Under the pieces are notes generated by a model. The model saw only the letters and a list, made by a program, of their open reading frames with translations. It was not told where the DNA came from and searched no databases. The position numbers and the translations under genes are program-made. Source: Lama guanicoe (taxonomy: Eukaryota). From it: a stretch of 64,000 nucleotides of DNA. Positions 39,352 to 50,039 of the stretch are shown here, in pieces (position 1 is the stretch's first letter; each line of letters begins with the position of its first letter). The stretch lies in NCBI GenBank assembly GCA_013239625.1, contig MU054001.1:4752167-4816166 (forward strand). The letters run 5' to 3'.

Positions 39352-39483
39352 CTTTTATGAGTGTGTGATGGGGAGGTAATCAGGCTTATTTATTTTTGTA
39401 TTCTTGGAGGAGGTACTGGGGATTGAACCCAGAACCTCATGCGTGCTAGGCATGCGCTCTCCCGCTGAGCTGTACCCTCCCCT
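39352..39483 (-). mobile_element. tRNA-Ala-derived SINE (camelid Vic-1 type) with 13-bp target-site duplication
   Basis: Minus strand reads GGGGAGGGTACAGCTCAGCGGGAGAGCGCATGCCTAGCACGCATGAGGTTCTGGGTTCAATCCCCAGTACCTCC, with Pol III A box and B box GGTTCAATCCC and an A-rich tail. TSD accacaagatatt at 39339-39351 and 39484-39496. Confidence 0.88.
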
Positions 39484-40059
39484 ACCACAAGATATTTTTC
39501 TAATGCCAAATGGCAGCTGTATCTGAAGAACTCACATGTCAGTGCCCTGACAGCATTCCTGGCCTGACTCTTCTTTCATCCGAGGGTGGCAACATACAGG
39601 AAATGAGAAGACTGACCCCCTGAAGTTGGCCAAAATGTTCCAAAGACTTGGTCGCTGGTTGCTGTGAGGTCAGTAAGGCCCTAGGGGGTCCCACCCCTAT
39701 GCTGTTGCCTGGGACTGTAGCCCAGGAATGGCCCCTGAGGTCGCATTGTGGTCCTTTTTGGCTGGCCTTGCCTTCTGTTTGCCTACCAGCCAGCCAGGGA
39801 TGGAGAGAGGAAGTCAGAGCTTAGTGTTGAGTTGAGCACTAAGAGAATCTCATCTTCAGAGGATTTCCATATATACAATCAATTGTAATGTTGGCAAGGC
39901 ATTCACATATAGATGTAGATTGGGAGTGTGGACCACTGAGAAAGTTATGCGATAAGACTGATGATTAGTGATGGCCATCGGTCCTATGGTGGCATTTATT
40001 CCAGTGACTTTGAAATTCAAAATGGCACTAATACACATTTTCATCAACATAGGTGGATT

Positions 40060-40420
40060 TTATTATTTTTAGTCAGAAAAGTAATCCCTGCTCATGGAAA
40101 AATGACTCAAAAACCTAAAAGAGTATACGTTCTCCCATCTTCTTGGCTCCTCCCTCAATTTCCACTCCCCAGAAGTCACTCCCCACTCTTACTGATTTTT
40201 ATGTGTCCTCCAAGAGTTTTCTATGCATAGACACATGTATTATTCAAATAGGATCAATTCTACTTGTTATTCTGCATCTTACTTACTTCACTTTTAGCAC
40301 TGCACCATGGACATAGTTCCTTATCAACTCATTTGGTTTCACTCCATAAAAAAAGAAGAAAAGAGTATGCATAGTGTTTTATCAGATGGCTACACCATCA
40401 TTTATCTAATCACATCTTTC
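40060..40420 (-). mobile_element. Ancient L1ME4-like 3' end
   Basis: aaaagtaatccctgctcatgg…actccccagaagtcact…gtgtcctccaagagttttctatgcat…ttgttattctgcatcttactt. Confidence 0.55.
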
Positions 40421-42294
40421 TGGCCAGAGTCAAAGCATTTGCAAAGTGAGACATGGATGACTTCGGATGCTGGGGAGGGCTTCAGAGAGGAGGTGACATC
40501 TGATAGCAGGCTTTGGAGAGTGAGTTGGAGTTTGTAAAACCGCTTTTGTTGATGACAGCCATGAGGAGGGAGGTCATGCAGGATGAGAAGAGGAGGACGG
40601 GGGTGCTCAGCGGATCCAGGAAGGGACTAGAGCAGGATCTCATGCCCCTTCCTGCCTGGAGAGACTGCCCTAGAGAGCGAGTCCTCTAGCTGAAGAAGGG
40701 GCCAAACCTCCCCGGTGGAGGGTAGGTGTCAGGCAGGCTCAGGACACGTGAGCATGGTAAACTGCAGCGGGCGTGGGGACCGAATATGTGCAAATGACCG
40801 AATATTTGAGCCAAGGTTCCCAATGTGTCAGCTGAGAAAAAGAAAGAGAGAAAGAACCCACTCAGCTTGCTGGTAACCCCGGTTATTGCTCAGGAAATGT
40901 TGCACGTCTCCAGTGCCTGGTGACATGTCAACTCCTGACAGAAACCCGGGTTGGCAGGTCCTGTTTTTTAAGCCGCGTGTCTGTCTGCCAGATCGCATTT
41001 GGATTGAGTGGCTGGCATTCCTCGAGCCTCGCTTAATAGGATTGAAAGAAAAGAAATGTTACTTTTCATCACACAAGACAACAAAGAGAAATGGGGAAAC
41101 GAAAATATTATTTCGTTTGAACAAATTACAGGGAGACTCTCTGGGGCGCTTTCTGGGAGTTAGATGAGGAAAAACACTTAAATATCATTCCATCAAACTA
41201 AATTTTTAACTACAATTTTTTACAGATAAAATGTGTTGGGAGGATTCAAAGAAGATTAGAGCTCACCTAAGAAACGGTATTCAAATTTTACCAGCTAATG
41301 GAGGCCCCGGCAAAAACTGTTAATGCCTCTAACTTTCCTCTAAGGGCCAGAGATTTCAGTATTCTTATAAAAACACATTGAGCTGATTTCATTTCCGTGT
41401 CTCTGCAGACTTCAGTCGTGTAATTTCAGTAAGTGTTATAAATGTTATTTTAAGTATTATAATGATAATCCCTACTGACGATGGAGCCGCACATCTCGGC
41501 TTCGGTTCCTCAGGTAATGTTTACCTCAGATAGCACATAATTGTTTGCTTTTTTTCACAGTAAACTCTCTGCTCCCAACTGCTTAATCAGCCACAGAAAA
41601 GAGAAGAGACTTTAGAAATGTTTAATGTTCTTCTGATTACATGAGAATGATGGGTAAACCCACATCAGTGGAACTGGAGAAGCAGATCGCATCTTTTCCC
41701 CCTGATTTGTATTTTTTGGTGAAGACGTGTTTGTTTTTTGTCCATGGCTCTTAAGGAGGACTGCAGTGGGTTGTGGCAATTGCAAGCATCATTTATTGTT
41801 ATAAAGCTCATGGCTGGGCATAGATCTGCTCAGTGCACGAACTCTTGGGGCCCTTCCTCTGTGCATACGTTGGGCCCCACCAGGCCCCAGGTCCTCCTGG
41901 CAGGTCCCAGCTTCTCCCGTATTCTGGTCACAGCCTGCGTTTCCACGCTCTCAGGATCCAGGGCCCCCCACAGTCTCTCTGAGTACAGTCCCCACTGCCT
42001 GCTCGGTGGCAGCAAGATTTTATTAGTCTTTATGGAAGTGAAACTTTTCTACCCTTGAATGGAGAGCCTCGGAGGCCTTCTCAGAGCACTGTATAATATT
42101 TGCTTCTCTGGCACCTTAAATATCTGAATTCAAATGTGATCAGGAATTAAGATGGAACAGGGAAGGTTGATATTCACTGCAGGGTAGAGGAATATTGCTT
42201 CTGTCCTACCTGTGTGGATTGTTTAGAACCCTACCTTTCTTCATCTCTGACTATAGAGAGGTTCTGCTTTGAGCTAACTCACAACCGTGTATAT

Positions 42295-42990
42295 CTTTGA
42301 TTCAATCAACAAACATCCATTGAAAGCTCTTCTCTAGGCATTGTGCTGGGCGCTGGTGAGTGGAGAAGTGTGTTCCCCCCACGTACATGTAACTTACTGT
42401 CTAGATGGAAAAGCCAAGACTAAACAGGCAAGCACACCAATATGTAGTTACAAACAGAGAGATGTGTCATTAGTGCAGGGATGGAGAAAACTGGGGAGGG
42501 TGTCAGTTAACCCGAAGTTTAAAGGATGAGAAGGAGCCAGTCAGGTGAAGAGGTGGGGGCAGATTGTTAAGTCCTGAGCTGGAAAGGCTTCAGCATCTTC
42601 CAGGAAATGAAAGCCGATATGTGGGACCAGGCTGTGGCAAGGGATCAGGACCATGGCTGTTATGAAGTGAGAGGCTGGGCCAGATCGGGCCTCCTGGGGT
42701 GTGGTCAAGAACTGGGACTTTATTCTCTGCAATAAGAAACCAATGCAGGGCTTTAAGTCACGAATGACATTTTCCCACTTCAACCCTATAAAGAGATGCA
42801 CTGGCTGCCGGGAGGAGATGAGAGCACCAGGGAGAAGAGTGGATGCTCACAGTCCATCCAGTGGGTGGCCACTGTTCTCATCCTGGCCAGAGATGGTGGC
42901 CATGGTGGTGGCAGGGGTTAAGGGGGTTGATTCAAGACACGTTTTGAAAGGTAGATGGACAGACTCGCTGGTAACGTGTACCTGGCAGGA
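42295..42990 (-). mobile_element. LINE L2 3' fragment
   Basis: ttcaatcaacaaacatccattga…ctaggcattgtgctgggcgctgg…aaggatgagaaggagccag…gactttattctctgcaataagaaaccaatgcagggctttaag…gattcaagacacgttttgaaag. Confidence 0.8.
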
Positions 42991-43738
42991 AGAAGGGTTG
43001 GTCCTGAATGGCTTGATGCCACCGAGCTCCTGCAGCTGGTCAGCCTCCACCTGTGGTCCCTGCGTCCTCCCACGGAGGGAGGTCCTCTTGCTTCCCAGGA
43101 CTAATCACCCAGGTGTCACCTGTCTTCTCTCTCCTCACACTACTGGGAATCCCTCATGGCAGTCTCCTGAGAAGGGATGGAACGGGGCTCCTGGATTCCC
43201 TGCCTCCCCACCCTCCATGCACCGTTACTCATTCTCCAGCCTCGGTTTCCCCAGCTCCTCTAGGGGAGGGGGTGGGAGCCTGTTCAGCACGCCCGACCCT
43301 TCCTTCCCCTCCCCCCATGCCCACCGACAGCCCTTCCTCCAGTCATCACTCCAGAGATCCCCAAGGTCTGTGGTATAATTGAGCTCGAGCCTTTAGTTAA
43401 AGACCAGGGCCAGTAGGTAGCTGATTTCCTGGTCCTCGGGGTGGACGCTTGACAGGCTCCTGTGATGGGGGCTGAGGAGCGAAGGGAAGGAGGTGGAGTG
43501 ACTGATAATTAAAGCAACTTGAGGGCCCCAGTCCGGTCCAGTGGCCCAAGAGGGGTCCTCCCGCTGGGGGCCTGCTCAGTGGGCATGCATGCATCTCTGG
43601 AAAGTAGACAGGCTTTTTGCTATGTTGGGGGTGGGGCAGTGGTTGGGAGGGGGCAGGGATTCATTGCTTGGACAGAATGTTCCCAATGCCCAGCTTTGGG
43701 TTGAATTAACTTCCAAGAAAACATTCACTCTCCCTTCC

Positions 43739-43933
43739 CTTTCCCTCGGAGAGGCAACAACTAGTTGAATCCATCCATCTGTGTCTCTCTCACCTCTGCA
43801 TCCTAGGGAACCATCAAGGAATCTAAAAAAATGTTGCCAAAAATCAAGGTGGAACCTCCCAGGTGTGCTGGGGAGCAGAGGATGAGGGGAAAACAATGTT
43901 TTTGTTTCCCTGAAACACACACACACACACACG

Positions 43934-43975
<42 letters not shown>

Positions 43976-44203
43976 CACCCCCCCCCCAGCCCAAAACAGA
44001 TGAATATACTTTCCCTCGGAGAGGCAACAACTAGTTGAATCCATCCATCTGTGTCTCTCTCACCTCTGCATCCTAGGGAACCATCAAGGAATCTAAAAAA
44101 ATGTTGCCAAAAATCAAGGTGGAACCTCCCAGGTGTGCTGGGGAGCAGAGGATGAGGGGAAAACAATGTTTTTGTTTCCCTGAAACACACACACACACAC
44201 ACG

Positions 44204-44245
<42 letters not shown>

Positions 44246-44277
44246 CACCTCCGTCCCAGCCCAAAACAGATGAATAT
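43739..44277. repeat. Near-perfect 270-bp tandem duplication, each unit with a compound (CA)n
   Basis: Copy 1 is 43739-44008 and copy 2 is 44009-44277. Both start ctttccctcggagaggcaacaactag. They differ at acacccccccccc vs acacctccgtccc. Confidence 0.97.
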
Positions 44278-45709
44278 TTTAACACCAGAGCATTTTGTTC
44301 AAGCCAGGAGCACACTGCACTCCTGGCAAGGCCAGAGAATGACCTGAAAACCTGAATATTTCAGGGAACAAAAGGTCCTTGGGTCTGCTTTCCCGAGAAG
44401 GGCCTCGGTCCAGGGTTATTTGAAGGCCGCACGGTTCAGGGCACGGGAGGCAGCGGGCAGGGTTTCTGCTGCTCCTCCTCCCTGTCCAGAGCTGTGAGCT
44501 GTGGGAGCCGGGGCCCTGCTCCCTGGCACCAGGCAGCCGCGTGGAGCCACGAGGCCCCAGCCTCCAGCCGCGCGCCGGGCGGGGAGGAGCGGGGAGGTGG
44601 GGAGCGGGGGCTGGGAGAGGGAGAAACAAACTCTATTTTCTGCTCATCTGTGGCGGGAGGGCTCCCGCGGCCCACGGGCTCACAGAGTGAAGCAATTTCA
44701 GACAGGGATGAGTGTCTGTTTTTCCCTGGAGCGGAGACTAAAAACCCCGAAAGCCCTTGGTTTCTCTTCCCTTAATATCCTGTTCTGGAAAGTGCCGTGT
44801 GGAAGGGTGGAGGAAATGAGGAAGATCCTTCAGAAATGGAAGAGGCCCTTCCCTAGCTCGACCTGGGAAGCCTGGTTGGTGCTGAGTGCTGAGCTGGAGA
44901 GAGGCCGCCCCCCTCCCTCCGGGATGGGAGAGGAGCTTGTGGCTGAGGGGGGTCCCCGGGCAGGCGGCCACTTGCCGACAAAGATTCAGATTCCTGTCCC
45001 GTCTCAGGGGCTGTTTGCTGGGACTGGTGCCACTTGGGTGGCTTCAAAGGCCGTGGACAATGGCATGCCCGGCTCCCTGCCCGGGGAGGCGAGGATTTTG
45101 GAATCCCGTTGCTTTGTCTCTGCTGTTCCCGTCCTCCCAAAGCCCCTTGCACTGACGCCTTTCCTCCAAGCGCAGGCTCTGGGCACCCATCCCTTCTAGC
45201 TCTCTCTCCCCCGCACCGTGGTGTGTGTCTGGCAGGTGTCCAGGCCAAGCAGGTTCGGACCTTGACTTTGATGTGCGTGCAGTGTCACAACCAGCCCTGG
45301 TCTAGGTCTAGCCCTGGGAGCTGGGTCTCTCCTGGCAAATAGAAACCAGAGATACTATGCCTTAGATGGGCCTCTCACGCCTGCCCTGGTAGGACAGTGG
45401 GAGCTGCTCCTACAGAGGGGCCATCATGGGGGGGCATGGAGGAAGCCCCCTCCCTGAGCAAGGAGAGCTGGGAGCTGCAGGGGGGCTGCTGACAAGGCTT
45501 CTTGTCGGACCCCCAAGTCACTTGGGGGTCTTGGCCCCGCTGCCCTTACCTGCTGCACATTCTGCAGGGGCTGGGACTGCCCTGCCGTTACTTTTCCTGC
45601 ATTGCCCCCTGTCCCGCCCTGGGTTCTCCACACAGCTCACATGAAGTACCAGCCCTCCCTTTCTCTCTGTTTCAAGAGATACTGGTTTCTGCCTGGCCTC
45701 AGTAGAACC

Positions 45710-45960
45710 AAGTAGTTAAGAACCTGCAATCTGCCTTGCTTTGCGTCTCAGTTTTGCTCCTTGTGAGTGAGTGGGGGTGACTGTGGGCGAGTCTTGAAAC
45801 CTCTGCATGGTTTCTTCCTCAGTAAGATGGTGGTGATGGTGGGGACCACCGCCCGCCCTCTTCAGGTGGTCCTGAGAATTAAATGGGCTAAATACGGAAT
45901 GTGCTTAGAACAATGTTGGCACCAAGTAGTAATGAGTGGATAGAGGTCCAATATTATGAT
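45710..45960 (+). mobile_element. MIR SINE
   Basis: gtgactgtgggcgagtcttgaaacctctgcatggtttcttcctcagtaagatgg…tgagaattaaatg…gtgcttagaacaatgttggcacc. Confidence 0.7.
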
Positions 45961-46087
45961 TGCTGTGATTCTTGCTTTCTTTTTCAACAAATCTTCCCCA
46001 TTCCTGGAGACGGATCAAAGCGACCTTTGTGCAGACAGCCTTCCCAGCTGGCCTGGCACTGCCAGGGTGGTTTGGCCCTCAGTCCTG

Positions 46088-46308
46088 GTAACTCTGTTTT
46101 CAGTTTTTTAAGGAACCTCCATACTGTTCTCCATAGTGGCTGCACCAACTTGCATTCCCTCCATCAGTGTAGGGGGGGGTTCCTTCTCCACACATTCTGC
46201 AGCATTTATGAGCTGTAGACTTTTTGACGATGGCCATTCTGACCGGTGTGAGGTGATACCTCATCGTAGTTTTGATTTGCATTTCTTGAATAGTTAGTGA
46301 TGTTGAGG
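46088..46308 (-). mobile_element. Internal L1 ORF2 C-terminal fragment
   Basis: The minus [25 protein letters not shown]… is the hallmark L1 ORF2 C-terminal sequence. DNA: ggaacctccatactgttctccatagtggctgcaccaa. Confidence 0.92.
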
Positions 46309-47525
46309 ATTTGTCCCCCCAATCACTTACTGCCTTACTGTCTGTCTGTCTGCCTGTGTGTCTTTAATTACATCGCCTGCATTTGGCACACCTTCTCAGT
46401 TAAATTCTGTCTTCTTTGAGAACAGAGGCTCATCTGTCTCTTCATCTGCACCACCCAGTGTTCTCCTAACCCCAGTTCTGGACTTAGCACATGCTTAGTA
46501 AGTACTCACTTAATTGAATATATTAAACTACAGTTTAAAAAAGATAAGGGCTTTTACTTTGATAAAGAATACATATAGTGTCTGCTCTATGAATCAAGTA
46601 ACATGCTGTTACATTATGGCTGATGAAAAAAAGGCTTAGAGAAGAAAACCCATCTGCCCAAGGTTACATGGCTTGGCTGGCCAGAGGCAGGGCTTGAATT
46701 CAGGGCTCTCCACTCCGCTAGAGCAGGCCTGTGGCCAGTAGAGGGTGTGGTTTCTGCGGGTTGTTGAGCCGGACTGGTTCTCTGATGGGCTGGTGGCCAG
46801 TTTACTAAGGGTTGACCCCGAGTTGCCATGACTCGAGTCCCTTTCCCCAAAAGCTTGAGTCCCCGAGTCTATGACTTAGTGCCCACCCCAGCTGATGTCT
46901 AGGGAGCATGAGGGTCCCCTTTATTATTGGTAGTAAGCTTAGTTGCATTGATGCTAATATTATGTGGACCCAAATTCCTCAGGGCCGGGGGTTACTGGCA
47001 ATGCCCAGCTCAGCTTCTGCTTTTGCTCGGGTATCCCTGGTCCCCACCGTGAGCCCACCTGGAACCATGAGCTGCCTTAGACGGCAGCAACTCTTGTCCA
47101 CTAGTCAGGGGCCTGGGGACAGGTGCCATATCCGGTCCCACGTTCCCACAGTGCCTTTCTTGCTACATGGTAAATGCTCAGTGTAGGCAGCAGGGAATGT
47201 GACGAAGGTTAAAGGGATTTGCCTATTTCTGACAATTTCCTCCAGAGAGCAAAGGCAGCCCCTTGTTCCATGGCTGGGTGTGGAGTTTGAGAAGCCAAAC
47301 GAATAGGGTAGGGTGAGAATATTGGCCTCTGAAATAGTGCCTCCTCCTGTTTCTCTCCTGGGAGTTGGGGCGACTACCTGGGGTGCTAGTGAGAGTGTCA
47401 GGAGAGAGAACCAGGGCCATCAGCCCGAGGTTGAGCTGTGGGAGGAGGCTCAACACTCCTCACTTGGCGTCTCTGGTCTGACTGTGCTGGGGGGCTGGCC
47501 TCGCCTTCCCCGGGCCCTGCCTCCC

Positions 47526-47694
47526 AGAGCCTCGCTCCTCCAAGTATGGCCCAGTGACCGACAACTTTAGCATCACCTCGGAGTGTGCTAGAAATACAGA
47601 ATCATGGGCCTTGCCCAAGCCCGACTGAACCAGAATCTGCATTTTAAAAAGAGTCCGTGGCGATTCACCTACTTACCAAATCTGAGAAACCCTG
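47526..47694. mobile_element. MER5-family (MER5A1/MER5B-like) hAT-Charlie MITE
   Basis: ctccaagtatggccc…agcatcacctcggagtgtgctagaaatacagaatc…actgaaccagaatctgcattttaa…tgagaaaccctg. Confidence 0.75.
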
Positions 47695-48910
47695 GCCTAG
47701 AAGACAGTTCACTCAGGGTCAACAGCTAGGAAGGGAGGACAGCGGCCTTGCTAAAAACACACCTGCCCAGCTCCCCCTCCCTGCCCCCACCCCGTGCTAG
47801 CAGGACACCTAGGGGTGTAGCCTCTCTTAGCTGCAGTTTCGTCTGGGGTGAGCGGAGATCGTATGAGTAGTCCAGCCTTTCTCCTTGGGCTTCTGAACAA
47901 GGATTCGGTGTAATAAGATACAATGTATGGTCCATCCTTAGCACACAGCCCTGGCACAGAGAGCACTGGATAAATGCCATGCTAGCTGGCTTTAAGAATG
48001 AGAGAGTGAAGGGGGCTGCAGCAAAGGGGAGGGAAAAACACTGTGATTTGTGATGCTAGTTTTGCATTGGGCTTGTTTAGTGGAGCTTAACTCAGGAGCT
48101 AAATACCAGCTAGGCCTCCCTGTAGAATTATTACGTGGAGTAGCAGGGAAAGGAGAAGCCAGAGTTAATGCCTGTGATGGCGATTTTTTTTAATTTAAAA
48201 AAAAAAGGTGTTAAAAGCAAGTAAAACCCCTGGTGATCGCAAATGAATTGCCTAAGTTCTCTTAGCAGATCCATGTTCCTGAGTAATGACTATGTTTGTG
48301 GGAAGGAGTGGCTTTTCCTTTCACAAGGAGGGAGTAGTGGGGCCTGCGGGAGGAGTCCTGGCTCCAGCTCCGGGTACGATGTGCTCCGCGTGGGGAAGCC
48401 ACGGCCACGTGGGGTGGGGAGGAGGCGCTCCGTGGGCAGGGCTGGGCATCTGGGCCCCCTGGCAGCTTAAATGCCTTCGATTAGCGAGTCGGGCAGGAAG
48501 AGGTGCTAAAAAGAATCCTTCCCGCCTCCTCCGCTGGCATGTTTTGAAGGGAGTTCAGTTATGAGACTATTAAAATGTTATTTTGATAATTAAGCCCACA
48601 GCTGTTCTGAGGGCGGCAGGGGCAGGCGGCGCGCAGGCGGCAGAAGGCATGGTGCTCTCACAGGCTCCGAGAGAAAGAAAGCAGGCGGGGAGAGCACGGT
48701 AGAGGGAGGGCGGGCCCGGGCCCCGGAGCAGGGGTGACGGCCAGGCTGCAGACTGCCCCGCTCAGTCAGAGGCTGTTCCCCGGGGACCCGAGGGGACAGT
48801 GGCTCCAGGAGGCCCCCTGTGTGGGGCAGGGTGAGTTGCCCGCCACCGGAGGATACCTGCCCGGATTCAGCACACACTGTCAGAGAAGTAGCCGACGGGG
48901 ATGCCTAGAT

Positions 48911-49130
48911 CAGTGGTTCTCAAAGAGGGGTCCCCGGACCAGCAGCATCAGCATCACCTGGAAACTTGCTAGAAATGCACATTCTCGGCCCCACCCAGAC
49001 ATGCTGAATTGGAAACTCTGGGGGTGAGGCCCAGCAGTCTGTGTCAGATCCTCCAGCTGATTCCAGTGCTTTCTAAAGTTATAGAACCTCCAGCTGATTC
49101 CAGTGCTTTCTAAAGTTATAGAACCACCTG
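48911..49130 (+). mobile_element. MER5A hAT-Charlie MITE with a perfect 37-bp internal tandem duplication
   Basis: cagtggttctcaaag…ggtccccggaccagcagcatcagcatcacctggaaacttgctagaaatgc. The unit cctccagctgattccagtgctttctaaagttatagaa occurs at 49050-49086 and 49087-49123. Confidence 0.9.
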
Positions 49131-49539
49131 GCAAATGGGGGTCAGCTTGCAATGAACCCTTAGAGACTGGTAAAGCTTGGCTAGTAAGGTGTGGATGAGG
49201 GCGTGCAGAGAGCACACAGGCATCCTGACCCAGTCCTGTTCCTTCGTTATACTGGATGACAAGGAGAAGGCCAGAGAGGGGAAGGGGCTGGTCTAAGGCC
49301 ACACAGCAAATCAGAGCAAAACTGGAATTAGTCTTCAGCCAGTTCTCTTGATCCCACATCTTTCTGTTGGACAGGCTCTCTGAATGCTGAGGGCGGGGCT
49401 GGGAGAGAAGAGGTTTGAATTCTAAGTGATGAGTAAGCCAGGGAGAGGCCCAAAGGTTATCAGCCCAGAATATATTTACCTGGCTGGAGCCACCCTGCAT
49501 TCTCTTGTCATGTTCTGCCAGGAGCTATTGTCGGCACAC

Positions 49540-49800
49540 ACATCTACCCACCCACTCATCCACCCACCAACGCCCCCATCTATGTATCCATCTGCCTACC
49601 CTTCTGTCCAGCCTCTTATCCTTCTCTGCTCCCTCCTCCCTTCTGTCAGTCTGCTCATCCTTCACTTACACATCTGTCCACGTATCTGTGCATCCAGCCA
49701 AGTGTCCAAGTGTCCATCCACTCACTCATCTGCTCACCCACCCCCACCCATTCATCCATCTATCCATTTCATTACTCATCTATCCATCCAAACTTTCCCT
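49540..49800. repeat. Degenerate (TCCA)n/(CCCA)n simple repeat
   Basis: catccacccacc…ttcatccatctatccatt. Confidence 0.75.
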
Positions 49801-50039
49801 CTCCCCCTCCCATCTTTATGAAGAGCCTACTATGTACCAGGCGTTTTATATCATTCTAAATCATAGGAGCTTTTATATCTTTTTATATCTGGTCACATGA
49901 GCTGGCCACGTTCTTTAAGATACTGTTGAGCTGGGACCATGACAGTGAACTAGTCCACCTGTAGCTCTGCCTGAGCCCTCCTGTCCCATCCCTTCTGGTG
50001 CCAGGCTCCCTCCCCACTGTACCTTGTAGGGAAGTTGGC

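Noticed and set aside
39410..39483. tRNA-Ala gene
   Set aside because: The tRNA-like head is followed by a SINE body and tail and flanked by a TSD, so it is a SINE.
43576..44238. 220-aa ORF with internal repeat and CVCVCV runs
   Set aside because: Translation artefact of the 270-bp tandem duplication and (CA)n microsatellites.
42701..45199. 225-aa and 232-aa plus-strand ORFs
   Set aside because: They span L2 and GC-rich non-coding DNA, with no protein family resemblance or supported exon structure.
49050..49125. CRISPR-like 37-bp direct repeats
   Set aside because: Only two adjacent copies with no spacer, inside a MER5A in a mammalian intron.
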